This document shows, one piece after another, positions 23,104-31,837 of a stretch of 42,737 nucleotides of DNA. The first letter of the stretch is position 1; each line of letters begins with the position of its first letter. A model generated the notes under the pieces. The model was not told the origin of the DNA. It saw nothing but the letters and a program-made list of their open reading frames with translations, and did not search any database. Source of the stretch: a virus. Both the position numbers and the translations under genes were made by a program. The stretch covers positions 1 to 42,737 of IMG/VR virus record IMGVR_UViG_3300017971_000124; one strand, given 5' to 3'.

Positions 23104-23509
23104 GAGGTGCGACACCTGCAACCGAGAGAAGGCCCGCCACCTGTGGCTCGCCAGTGAGTGGAAGAAGAAGGGGCCCGCCCGCTGTAAGAGCTGCTACAAG
23201 AAGAGCGGCAGCTACGACCGCCGCATGGACACCTACTACCAGCGTGAGTTTGGCATCACCCTGAAGGAGTACGAGCAGCAGCTCGAAACACAGGGTGGAC
23301 GTTGTGCGGTCTGCGACAAGAAGCCGGGCAAGCGCCGGCTGGCGGTGGACCACGACCACGCCATCGAGGAGAGAGATGGAATAAGAAGGTCCGTCCGCGG
23401 GTTGTTGTGTCGTGATTGCAACCAATGGATCGGACACATCGAAGATGACCCCAACGCAGCGGTACGCCTCTACAAGTACCTTGTCGACCCTCCCTGTCGA
23501 CTACAATAG
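23093..23509 (+). CDS. Recombination endonuclease VII family protein, 138 aa
   Basis: GGRCAVCDKKPGKRRLAVDHDHAIEE...VRGLLCRDCNQWIG matches the Endonuclease_7 signature (C.iC...l.vDHdH...vRGlLC..CN..lG). Confidence 0.8.
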   Translation: MASRRCDTCNREKARHLWLASEWKKKGPARCKSCYKKSGSYDRRMDTYYQREFGITLKEYEQQLETQGGRCAVCDKKPGKRRLAVDHDHAIEERDGIRRSVRGLLCRDCNQWIGHIEDDPNAAVRLYKYLVDPPCRLQ

Positions 23510-23542
23510 GGACATGCAATTTCCCCCCTTACAGGAGTTCTC

Positions 23543-24550
23543 ATGACCAAGTACACAGGCCGTCTCACTGAAGCAGAGCGAGCAGCTATCGACTACGACC
23601 TCAGCAAAGGTGCCTCAGTGCGGCGTACTGCGGAACGTCTGAAGATCCCGTACGGCAGGGTGCGCTACTACGTCGAGCAGAAAGGTTCCGCCGGCGGTAC
23701 AGTTTCGTCACCAGAACCTATCAAGCCGCCCGCCGGCAAGCCGAAGATCCTCGTGTTCGACATCGAGACCGCCCCGTACACGAGCTACACCTGGGGCCTC
23801 TGGAAGACCAACGTCATCGATATCGCCCGGGAGTGGTACATGCTGTCGTTCGCCTATGGCTGGTACGACATTGAGAAGCAGGAGCTGGGGCCCATCGGCT
23901 TCGTCAGCCTGGAGCAGGACACCGAGCGCACCGCCCAGGACGATGACGGCTACGTGGCTGCCCGTCTGTGGGAGCTCTTCGACGAGGCCGAGATCGTGGT
24001 AGGACAGAACCACGAGCGCTTCGACATCAAGAAGGGCAACGAGCGGATGTTCGTCCACGGCATGACCCCGTACTCCCCGTTCGCCACCATCGACACCAAG
24101 CGGATCTGGAACAAGAACTTCGCCGGCTCCGCCTCCCTCAAGTACATGGCCCGCAAGGCCGACGTCGCTCTCAAGAGCGAGAACATTGGCTTCGCCCTGT
24201 GGCTCGGGTGCATGAACAACGAGGACTGGGCGTGGGAGGACATGGAGAAGTACAACCGAGCTGACGTCCAGGCCACCGCAGAGGTGTTCACCCGCCTCAT
24301 CCCCTGGATCGACCATCCGACCTCGCAGACGGTGAACTTCGGACACTGGCGTACAGGACGGGTCACCTGCAAGAAGTGCATGAACTTCGCCGAGGTGGGT
24401 GACGTAACCAGTCAGTTCGTCTACCGAGGTGAGCACCCCACCAACGCCTCCGTGTACCAGACACTGCAGTGCAAGAAGTGTGGCGGCTACACCCGCTGGT
24501 GGCAGCGTAACTCGCAGCGCCGGCCTGAGGACAAGGTGTTCCTGCGATGA
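23543..24550 (+). CDS. DEDD-type RNase H-fold 3'-5' exonuclease with an N-terminal HTH and a C-terminal zinc ribbon, 335 aa
   Basis: Exo I is ILVFDIETAP, Exo II is GQNHERFDIK, and Exo III is YNRADV. The N-terminal HTH reads ASVRRTAERLKIPYGRVRYYV. The C-terminus has CKKC...CKKCGG. Confidence 0.7.
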   Translation: MTKYTGRLTEAERAAIDYDLSKGASVRRTAERLKIPYGRVRYYVEQKGSAGGTVSSPEPIKPPAGKPKILVFDIETAPYTSYTWGLWKTNVIDIAREWYMLSFAYGWYDIEKQELGPIGFVSLEQDTERTAQDDDGYVAARLWELFDEAEIVVGQNHERFDIKKGNERMFVHGMTPYSPFATIDTKRIWNKNFAGSASLKYMARKADVALKSENIGFALWLGCMNNEDWAWEDMEKYNRADVQATAEVFTRLIPWIDHPTSQTVNFGHWRTGRVTCKKCMNFAEVGDVTSQFVYRGEHPTNASVYQTLQCKKCGGYTRWWQRNSQRRPEDKVFLR

Positions 24551-24843
24551 AGCAGGGACGCTGGGTCAAGAGGGACCTCTGGCTACCGAACCGGATCAAA
24601 ACCGACAAGGGGGACTGGTACCTCAACAACCACCCGGCCGGCATCGTCACCTTCAGCGGCAACGAGGGCTTCATCCACAGGGAGATCATCGAGGAGAACC
24701 CCGACTACCCCGTGGCCATCTACCGGGTAGGCCAGGCCATGTACGGCGCCCGGCTGCGGTCGCTGGAGATCCGCCACGCCTTCCTCCGCAACGAGCGTGA
24801 GGAGCAGTGGTGGGACTATGTTCAGTGCCGGATAGGGCCATGA
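24547..24843 (+). CDS. Hypothetical protein, 98 aa
   Basis: An ORF with an ATGA overlap. Confidence 0.65.
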   Translation: MKQGRWVKRDLWLPNRIKTDKGDWYLNNHPAGIVTFSGNEGFIHREIIEENPDYPVAIYRVGQAMYGARLRSLEIRHAFLRNEREEQWWDYVQCRIGP

Positions 24844-25070
24844 TCTACGGACCCGAGAACGCCGAGTGGATCGGCGATCACGAGAGCATCTGGTTCGACA
24901 AGCCGGTAGAGGAACGCCACCAGGCTGTTATGGAATGGTTTGAGACCGTGAGGTGTTCACGTACTGAGAACACAGGAGGACGATTTGCCGTCATCGGAAC
25001 ACGCCATGAATCAACTCATCGACCTGACCACGAGCGACTTCGGCTGGGAGGCCCTGAAGGTCCATGCTGA
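24840..25070 (+). CDS. Hypothetical protein, 76 aa, whose 3' end overlaps the polymerase gene
   Basis: The ATG overlaps the upstream TGA. The first ~45 aa look protein-like. The last 86 nt overlap the TTG-initiated polymerase frame. Confidence 0.4.
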   Translation: MIYGPENAEWIGDHESIWFDKPVEERHQAVMEWFETVRCSRTENTGGRFAVIGTRHESTHRPDHERLRLGGPEGPC

Positions 25071-26997
25071 AGGGGACCGCCCCGGCGCCCTCGACATCGA
25101 GACCACCGTCGAGGACAACCCCTGGAGCAGCCCGCCCCAGCTCGTGTCCATAGCGATCACGTTCGACGGCCACACAGCATTCATCTGCAACGGCAGCGCC
25201 TACAACCTCGCCCGGCTGCAGCCCATCCTGGAGCACAACAAGTGGATCATGCACAACGGGCTCTTCGACCGGCTCATGCTCAAGTACTTCTGGCAGATCG
25301 ATGCCCCGCTGGTCCACGACACCATGGCAATGCAGTACCTCCTCGACCCGGACGAGCCGAAGAGCCTCGAAGAGCTCAGCGCCAAGTACCTCGGGCTGCC
25401 GGCCTACAAGGGAGTCGACTACCACAACATCCTCAACGAGCCCTGGGACAAGGTGGCGACGATGAACGGCGAGGACACCTGCCGCACCCACCAGCTATTC
25501 CGGCCCCTCGCCGACGAGCTCAACAAGGACAAGGCCCTGAGCCGTGTCTACCAGTGGCTGCTGATGCCTGCCGTCAACAACCTAATCGATCTGACTATTA
25601 ACGGTACACCTGTGGATCAGGACCGCCTGGCCGACCTCACCCTCCAGTACGAGGAAGAGGTAGAGCGGCTGCTCGATGATCTGCAGGCAGCGACACCACC
25701 GCCGGGCCCCGAGTACGGCAAGACAGCGTGGCCGCAGCCCAGCTCGTGGCGAGTCACCGACAAGATCGACCCGGAGACCGGCGAGATCCTCATCAAGGGC
25801 AGGGGCCGGTACCGGGACCAACATCCGCAGGGGCTGTTCAATCCCGGCTCGTGGCAGCAGGTCGGCCACATCCTGTTCGACCTCTGGGAGCTGCCCATCC
25901 TCAAGATGAACACCGACGATGACGGCAACGAGACCCACCCGTCGACCGACAAGGACGTGCTGCTCCTCCTGGAGACCTACCACACTACCGGCGAGCAGCA
26001 GGAGTGGATCTCGAAGCTCCGCACGTACCGCAAGGCCAACAAGGCCCTCACCGCCTCGCTGCGTGGCTGGCCCAAGCAGTGGGACCGGTTCGGGTGGCTG
26101 CACCCGAGGTTCAAGCCGCTGTCCGTAGTGACCGGCCGGCTAGCCTCCGAGTCCCCGAACATCCAGCAGGTACCCCGGGATAAGCGCTTCCGCAACTGCT
26201 TCGGCGGGGTCGACGGGTACACTTGGATGAAGGCCGACTACTCGCAGATCGAGCTCCGCATCGCTGCCTGGGTGGCGCAAGAGCCCACCATGCTCGAAGC
26301 GTACGAGACCGGCACCGACCTACACGCACTCACCGCCCGCCGGGTCCTCGGAGTCGAGGACGTCCACGCAGAGCTGCCCGGCAAGCCCGGGACCACAGGG
26401 CGGGACACGGGCAAGACCCTGAACTTCGGCCTGCTCTACGGTGCCGGCCCGAAGACCCTCATGCAGATTGCTCGCCTCAACTACAACGTCTTCCTCACAG
26501 AGGACGAGGCCGAGGAAATGCACCACCGGTTCTTCATGTCCTACCCGGACCTCTCGATGTGGCACGATGAGATGCGCATGCGACTGGAGCGGGACGGCAT
26601 GGTCCGCTCGGCCCTCGGCCGTGTCCGGTACCTGCCCAAGGCGAAGATCCCGTGGAAGGTGGCCAGGGAGCAGGACATCGTGGGACACAAGATCAAGGCC
26701 ATCCTCGAAGGCACCAACCATCCGGTGCAGAGCTTCGCCCACGACCTCACCCTCATGTCGCTCAACCGAGTGGCCGAGAAACTCAAGGGCAGCCCTGTGC
26801 AGCTCATGCTGGAGATCCACGATGAGATCGACCTCCTGGTGCCGAACGACCTCGTGCTGGAGACGGCGCAGCTCGTGAAAGCCACCATGGAGGACTTGAG
26901 CTGGCTGCACAGATTCGGAATAGATCTGACCGTGCCGGTGTTGAGTGAGGTAGAAGTAGGTACCCACTGGGGGGACGTCAAGGAAATGGAGCTATAA
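24985..26997 (+). CDS. Family A (T7-like) DNA polymerase with a 3'-5' exonuclease domain, 670 aa
   Basis: Exo I is LDIETT, motif A is DYSQIELRIAAW, motif B is RDTGKTLNFGLLYGAG, and motif C is EIHDEIDLLV. The TTG at 24985 lies 5 nt after AGGAGG. Confidence 0.92.
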   Translation: MPSSEHAMNQLIDLTTSDFGWEALKVHAEGDRPGALDIETTVEDNPWSSPPQLVSIAITFDGHTAFICNGSAYNLARLQPILEHNKWIMHNGLFDRLMLKYFWQIDAPLVHDTMAMQYLLDPDEPKSLEELSAKYLGLPAYKGVDYHNILNEPWDKVATMNGEDTCRTHQLFRPLADELNKDKALSRVYQWLLMPAVNNLIDLTINGTPVDQDRLADLTLQYEEEVERLLDDLQAATPPPGPEYGKTAWPQPSSWRVTDKIDPETGEILIKGRGRYRDQHPQGLFNPGSWQQVGHILFDLWELPILKMNTDDDGNETHPSTDKDVLLLLETYHTTGEQQEWISKLRTYRKANKALTASLRGWPKQWDRFGWLHPRFKPLSVVTGRLASESPNIQQVPRDKRFRNCFGGVDGYTWMKADYSQIELRIAAWVAQEPTMLEAYETGTDLHALTARRVLGVEDVHAELPGKPGTTGRDTGKTLNFGLLYGAGPKTLMQIARLNYNVFLTEDEAEEMHHRFFMSYPDLSMWHDEMRMRLERDGMVRSALGRVRYLPKAKIPWKVAREQDIVGHKIKAILEGTNHPVQSFAHDLTLMSLNRVAEKLKGSPVQLMLEIHDEIDLLVPNDLVLETAQLVKATMEDLSWLHRFGIDLTVPVLSEVEVGTHWGDVKEMEL

Positions 26998-27279
26998 GTG
27001 TACGATCCAACCATCATTGCCCTAGCGGCACTGGGCCTACTGTTCCTAGTGCTGCTCTCTTTCGTGGTCATGCGAGAGCCTGACTACGACCCGACCACCG
27101 AAGAGATTGAGATGAAGCTGCGGATTCAGCGCCACAACCGGCACCTGGAGACGATGGTGCTCCTAGAGGCCGAGCTCGGTCGCATACCCACCCCTCGGGA
27201 GGTCTGGGACTACGAGCTCGCAGTCGATGCCCTGGAAGATATTTCCGGCGAAATCCGAGACGAGATCTCCGATGCCTGA
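26998..27279 (+). CDS. Small membrane protein, 93 aa
   Basis: The GTG follows the polymerase stop directly. The N-terminal transmembrane segment is IIALAALGLLFLVLLSFVV. Confidence 0.55.
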   Translation: MYDPTIIALAALGLLFLVLLSFVVMREPDYDPTTEEIEMKLRIQRHNRHLETMVLLEAELGRIPTPREVWDYELAVDALEDISGEIRDEISDA

Positions 27280-28324
27280 GAGCTTCAGCTCCATCCAGGA
27301 CTTCCAGCGGTGCCCCGAGAAGTACCGCCGCCGGCACATCGAACGCATCGAGCCGGTCCGCAAGAACGAGAACTTCTTCTGGGGTAGCGAGGCCCACGGC
27401 TTCTTCCAGACGTTCGCCCTCGCCATACAGGACGGCAACACAGTCGCCGAGGCCATCATGGCAGTAGACAACCACGCTGCTGTCCGCTGCCAAGAGGCAG
27501 AGCTGAGCCCTCTCCTCTTCTCCGACGAGCAGGCCGACGCAGTGAACATGATCGAGGAAGCCCACGCCATGGTGCGTCGGTACCTCGACAAGCACTGGGA
27601 CGAGGACTGGGAGGTGCTGCACGTCGAAGAGCAGTTCACCTACAGTCTGTCCGCAGACCATGTTGTCACGTTCACGCCTGACCTCGTGGTCCGGGACCAC
27701 AACGGCTACGTCTGGGTCATCGACTGGAAGACCACCAAGAACAGCGTGCCTGACGTCCCGGACGTCCCCTTTGAGGATCTCCAGGCCCTGCTGTACAGCT
27801 CAGGAGTCAAGCAGCTCTACCCAGAGCTCAAGGGGTTCATCTTCGTGCGCCTCCGCAAGAAGACACCGACCCAGCCCCGGCTCAACAAGACCAGGGACAA
27901 GGCCAGCGGCCTGTACTTCGTAAACAATCTGAAGAGCATCGACACAACGTACGAGATTCTTCGGACATTCATCGAGGAGCGAGCACCCGAGCTGATGCAG
28001 CACCCGGCCCACGCCCTGCGCCTGGCCGAGCTGCGAGAGAATGATCGGTTCCACTGGGTGGAGCTGGTCCTCGTGACCGACACCATGATCGAGAAGGCCA
28101 ACGCCGAGGTGCGAGCCACGCTCGACTACATGGACTTTGCCAACAACGAGGGCACCTACTACCGGGTGCACAGTGCGGCCAACTTCGGCGGCTGCTCCTC
28201 GTGCCCCTACCAGCGATTGTGTCGGTCCGAGGTGCTAGGGTGGAACACGCAAGCAATCATCGAGGACGAGTACCAGGACCGGGACATGTCCTACAAGGAA
28301 TATGACGAAGAGGAGCCGTTCTAA
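27272..28324 (+). CDS. PD-(D/E)XK nuclease of the Cas4/RecB type with a C-terminal Cys cluster, 350 aa
   Basis: SSIQDFQRCPEKYRRRHI, VWVIDWKTT and GGCSSCPYQRLC were read. The ATG at 27272 was chosen because it begins the conserved N-terminal Cys motif. Confidence 0.7.
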   Translation: MPESFSSIQDFQRCPEKYRRRHIERIEPVRKNENFFWGSEAHGFFQTFALAIQDGNTVAEAIMAVDNHAAVRCQEAELSPLLFSDEQADAVNMIEEAHAMVRRYLDKHWDEDWEVLHVEEQFTYSLSADHVVTFTPDLVVRDHNGYVWVIDWKTTKNSVPDVPDVPFEDLQALLYSSGVKQLYPELKGFIFVRLRKKTPTQPRLNKTRDKASGLYFVNNLKSIDTTYEILRTFIEERAPELMQHPAHALRLAELRENDRFHWVELVLVTDTMIEKANAEVRATLDYMDFANNEGTYYRVHSAANFGGCSSCPYQRLCRSEVLGWNTQAIIEDEYQDRDMSYKEYDEEEPF

Positions 28325-29184
28325 TGGCCGAGACCACAGTCAAGCGCCGCAAGCGCACCACCACAACCAAGCAGGCACCCAAGGCAGACAACAACAGAGG
28401 GGGCACCAAGAAGAGACTGAAGGACAAGGCCAAGCCGCCAGGCGAGAACCGAGCCGGCCGCATCGGCCACGGTGTCCTGTTCGGACCGCCCAAGACGGGC
28501 AAGACCGGTGCAGCCTGTGGGCCCAACACCCTGCTCATCTCGTTCGACCCGGACGGGGACAGCACAGAGATCCTCAAGGGCAGGGACGACGTGTTCGTGC
28601 TCACCCCTCGCACCTTCGAGGAGGCAGAAGAAATCGTCGCCGCTCTCCACGCCGGCCAGGCCAAGGACTTCGACTACATCGTGTTCGACTCCCTGACCTA
28701 CGCCTTCCAGCTCTTCGACAACAAGGAGATCCTGAAGATCTACCAGCGTGGCGGAGACATCCGGCGAGGCTACGGCAAGGCCGGGTCGATGGTGGTCAGC
28801 CTCGTGCATGACCTCACCCAGCTCACAGAGACGAGCGTCATCTTCACTGCCCACCTTGCCAAGGACGACGCCAAGGGTGACGACGGCCTCGTGTCGGTCG
28901 ACACAGAGCTCGGCGAGTCCGAGGTCAAGATCGCAGTGACCGAGATGGTCTGGAAGGTCCTCGGCGGCGCCGTCTCGTGGATCGGACGCACGTACAAGGA
29001 CGAAGTCAGAGAGCGCCAGGAGGGCAGCAAGAAGCTCACCAAGAGGAGCAGGTACATGCTCAGCTTCAACGATGGTGAAAGATCCCCCGCAGGGTCCCGG
29101 TACACCATGGCTGGAGAATACGAAATAAACCGGGACTCGTCAGTGTTGCAACAGATAGAGGCCGACATCAACGGAGGTGCATAG
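28324..29184 (+). CDS. Sak4-like / AAA_24 RecA-fold ATPase (single-strand annealing accessory) with a basic N-terminal extension, 286 aa
   Basis: Walker A is LFGPPKTGKTG and Walker B is DYIVFDSLT. There is a TAATG overlap with the nuclease gene. Confidence 0.65.
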   Translation: MAETTVKRRKRTTTTKQAPKADNNRGGTKKRLKDKAKPPGENRAGRIGHGVLFGPPKTGKTGAACGPNTLLISFDPDGDSTEILKGRDDVFVLTPRTFEEAEEIVAALHAGQAKDFDYIVFDSLTYAFQLFDNKEILKIYQRGGDIRRGYGKAGSMVVSLVHDLTQLTETSVIFTAHLAKDDAKGDDGLVSVDTELGESEVKIAVTEMVWKVLGGAVSWIGRTYKDEVRERQEGSKKLTKRSRYMLSFNDGERSPAGSRYTMAGEYEINRDSSVLQQIEADINGGA

Positions 29185-29702
29185 TGCCCGCAACTGCCAG
29201 GAAGTTCAACATCACAGCAGAGGACCTCGCCAACGAAGGCGGCGGCGGTGCGTACGCTGAGCTGGAAGTCCCTTGGGACGGGCCGGCACTGCTCAAGGAT
29301 GTGAACGATTACGACAAGACCAAGAAGGGTGGGACGAAGGGTTGGCTCGCCGACTACGTCGTGACCACTGACTCGGGCAAAGAGCTCGACTTCAGTGTCC
29401 ATCTCTCCTTCTCACAGGCTGCACGGTGGAAGCTCATGCAGTGGGCCGAGGCTCACGAGCTCGACCTCACAGAGGGCATCAACTCGATCGACCCGAACGA
29501 GGCCATCGACACCGAGGCCGGCGTCCACATTGACTTCCCTCGGGATGGCAACGATGAGCCGACCAGCAAGTACCGTGAGATCCGGGAGTTCTACCCCCTG
29601 GCCGAGCTCGACGAAGAGGAAGATTTTTCCGACGAGCCCCAGCCCGATCCGACAGACGTCGTTGTCACAGACGGCGAGGAAGAAGACCCAGAGATCCTCT
29701 AG
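29184..29702 (+). CDS. Putative ssDNA-binding protein (DUF669-like) with an acidic C-terminal tail, 172 aa
   Basis: It sits directly after the Sak4-like ATPase, as in known AAA_24/DUF669 pairs. The tail is DGEEEDPEIL. The GTG start follows GGAGG. Confidence 0.45.
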   Translation: MPATARKFNITAEDLANEGGGGAYAELEVPWDGPALLKDVNDYDKTKKGGTKGWLADYVVTTDSGKELDFSVHLSFSQAARWKLMQWAEAHELDLTEGINSIDPNEAIDTEAGVHIDFPRDGNDEPTSKYREIREFYPLAELDEEEDFSDEPQPDPTDVVVTDGEEEDPEIL

Positions 29703-29725
29703 GGTTTCATCACAGTGACGTTACT

Positions 29726-29755
29726 GCCCTGGCACTACGGTGCCGGGGCTTTCGT
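29726..29755 (+). terminator. Terminator hairpin at the convergence point of the two arms
   Basis: A 10-bp stem, GCCCTGGCAC-tacg-GTGCCGGGGC, has one G:U pair valid only on the plus strand. It is followed by TTTCGTCATTC. Confidence 0.65.
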
Positions 29756-29979
29756 CATTCTGGGTGGTAGTGCGTGTGCCCGCCAGTCATGCGGGACAGA
29801 AGTACAGCAGCAGACGCCATCGTAGCCCACTGCGACGCCTGCTGCCTGTTCCCCAGCTCACAGCAGGCGACAGCATGCGCCCACAGACACATGGCGTGCC
29901 AATGAGGGTGAGACTCGTCGAGGTCGTGAGCCTCACACCACTCATCGAGGAGCTCTTGAGCACGTTCGTCGACATTCAT
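29755..29979 (-). CDS. His/Cys/Trp-rich small protein, 74 aa
   Basis: The ATG at 29979 follows AGGAGG. The peptide is MNVDERAQELLDEWCEAHDLDESHPHWHAMCLWAHAVACCELG...GGHTHYHPE. Confidence 0.55.
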   Translation of the reverse strand: MNVDERAQELLDEWCEAHDLDESHPHWHAMCLWAHAVACCELGNRQQASQWATMASAAVLLSRMTGGHTHYHPE

Positions 29980-30002
29980 CGTCACCTCCTTCTTCCTGAC
30001 CA

Positions 30003-30040
30003 TAACACAAAGAGAAACGCTCCCGTCACCGGGAGCGCTC
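30003..30040 (-). terminator. Strong rho-independent terminator of the late operon
   Basis: On the minus strand: AGCGCTCCCG-GTGA-CGGGAGCGTT (10 bp, GNRA-type loop, wobble valid only on the minus strand), followed by TCTCTTTGTGTTAT. Confidence 0.8.
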
Positions 30041-30061
30041 TCATGCTTACGTCTTGAGTGC

Positions 30062-31045
30062 TTACGCAGTCGGGGTAACACGGTCAGGCGCCACATCGTA
30101 TTCCAGGTAGAACACCGAGAAGTCGATGGCATCTCCTGCGACACCGTTGGTCACCGACACAACCAGATCCTCTCCAGCGTCCAAGAGAACACCCGAATCG
30201 GGGAACTCCTTGGTGGAGAGCTTGTCTGCAGCGTCGACGCCAGCAGTGGTAGTACCCAGGGTAGCCGCATCCCATGCGTTGTTGCCGCCGGCCATAGTGG
30301 TCGTGCTAGCAATCGAGTTGCCGGCCGTGCCTTTGACGGCTGCAGTGAACACCATGTCGTTCGTAGAGAAATCCACAGCGGTCACACCAAGTGATGCGTA
30401 GACAGCGTCGGTCACAGTGTGCAGCGTGCCGCCGTTGTCACGGTCGACGAATGCTGCCTCCAGCGTGGCCTGCGAGCCCGCAACGTTAGTGTTGACGAGC
30501 AGCTCGTTGGCTGCGCCAGTGAGAGCGTCCTTCCATGTGAAGGTCACACTGCCGATGACGAGTTCCTCGTCCTCAGCGGCCACTGTGTCGACAGTCAGCG
30601 TGCCTTGTGCAGCGACAGCCTCGTTGCCCACGGCATAGTCGTCGGGGACCCACAAGGTGGTACGCTTCGCAGTGGTGCTGGCCGCAACGTTCGCATGCGT
30701 GATGCTCTCGATCGCAGCGTCCGCTGTGGTCTGCGTCTTGTAGACAACCGCACGGTTAGCCACGTTCGCATCGGTCACGAGGACGTGCTTCGCACCGATG
30801 AGGAGCCACGTCTTCCCCGTGGGGACCGTGAGGGTGGTCGACGCATTGCCGGCCACTGCCTCCTTGTGCTGGACACCCAACTTGGGAACCTCGAACGTCG
30901 AGCCGAGCTGGTGCATGATGTCGTTGGCATCTGCTGCCAGGGTCACGTTTGCAACGCCGTCAGAGGCGAATGTGACGTCCTGCCCCAGGAGGGGCCGTCC
31001 GCCAACCTTCTTACCCTTGTGCTTGCGTGAGTAAATCCTTGCCAT
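30062..31045 (-). CDS. Ala/Thr/Val-rich hypothetical protein, 327 aa, with a basic N-terminus. Possibly a virion surface or receptor-binding protein.
   Basis: It is the last ORF of the late operon, after the lysis genes and immediately before the strong terminator. No motif was recognised. Confidence 0.75.
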   Translation of the reverse strand: MARIYSRKHKGKKVGGRPLLGQDVTFASDGVANVTLAADANDIMHQLGSTFEVPKLGVQHKEAVAGNASTTLTVPTGKTWLLIGAKHVLVTDANVANRAVVYKTQTTADAAIESITHANVAASTTAKRTTLWVPDDYAVGNEAVAAQGTLTVDTVAAEDEELVIGSVTFTWKDALTGAANELLVNTNVAGSQATLEAAFVDRDNGGTLHTVTDAVYASLGVTAVDFSTNDMVFTAAVKGTAGNSIASTTTMAGGNNAWDAATLGTTTAGVDAADKLSTKEFPDSGVLLDAGEDLVVSVTNGVAGDAIDFSVFYLEYDVAPDRVTPTA

Positions 31046-31047
31046 AG

Positions 31048-31677
31048 TTACACCTCCTTCCTTACAATTTTGATCTCGTACTCATCCAGGTCAAACTCCA
31101 CAGGGGCGTGCAGGGGGAGACCCCGCTCCTTGCGGATGAGCCGGATGGCATATTTGACGAAGCCCACACTGGACTGTTCGTCTTTGATGAACTTGAGGAA
31201 GTCCTTCAGCTCTAGCTGTTCGGACTCGCTGAGTATTGCCAATTCGTCTTCTCCTTCTTCAGGCAGTGCTTCCAGCTGTGCCTGAGTGATGATTCTACCA
31301 TCCGAGTACTTGTAGCGGTTACTGGCGCCGCCCCGGATGGTGCTCGGCGTGCCGTAACCCTTGGGCCAGAAGTCGATGTGGATGTGGTCGAAGTGGTTCT
31401 TCACGAGCCACAGGATGTAGTTGGTTTCCTGCCAGCCCGGGTACTGGTACTTCAGGTAGTGGTGGACCTCGGAGAGCCTCGACTGGTGCTTGGGGGTGGT
31501 GTCTCCCCACGGCACAGTGAAGTAGATATCGAGGGCGTTGGGCCACGAGTGCTGCGACCACGGCCGGCTAGGGTCGTTGTTGATGTGCCGGCGGTTGTAG
31601 ATGCCGAACTTGATGCCCGGGAAGCGTGCCTCCAGGGCCTTCATGCAGCGTACTGCTGCGGGCGTGATGAATGACAT
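31048..31677 (-). CDS. Endolysin, LAS/M15-type zinc peptidase, 209 aa
   Basis: SQHSWPNALD (H-x6-D) and NHFDHIHID (HxH) fit the zinc-ligand pattern of VanX/M15 peptidases. A holin-like gene lies next to it. Confidence 0.6.
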   Translation of the reverse strand: MSFITPAAVRCMKALEARFPGIKFGIYNRRHINNDPSRPWSQHSWPNALDIYFTVPWGDTTPKHQSRLSEVHHYLKYQYPGWQETNYILWLVKNHFDHIHIDFWPKGYGTPSTIRGGASNRYKYSDGRIITQAQLEALPEEGEDELAILSESEQLELKDFLKFIKDEQSSVGFVKYAIRLIRKERGLPLHAPVEFDLDEYEIKIVRKEV

Positions 31678-31684
31678 GAGTCTC

Positions 31685-31837
31685 CTAGAGGATGGTCAGC
31701 GCCGAGGCGAAGATAGCACCGAGCACTGATAGGTACCCGATGAGCTGCCCCTGTGTGACGTGGTTCTTTTCGATGTGCCGGTCGAGCTTCTCCTCGATAC
31801 GGCATACGGTCTGAAAGATGTGGTCATCTTTATCCAC
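31685..31837 (-). CDS. Holin-like small membrane protein, 50 aa
   Basis: The GTG lies 6 nt after GGAGGGAGG. The C-terminal transmembrane segment is LIGYLSVLGAIFASALTIL. It sits immediately upstream of the endolysin. Confidence 0.45.
   Translation of the reverse strand: MDKDDHIFQTVCRIEEKLDRHIEKNHVTQGQLIGYLSVLGAIFASALTIL

Noticed and set aside
23708-24436. A 242-aa minus-strand ORF antisense to the exonuclease gene
   Set aside because: This is a GC-frame artefact. The plus-strand product has clear DEDD motifs.
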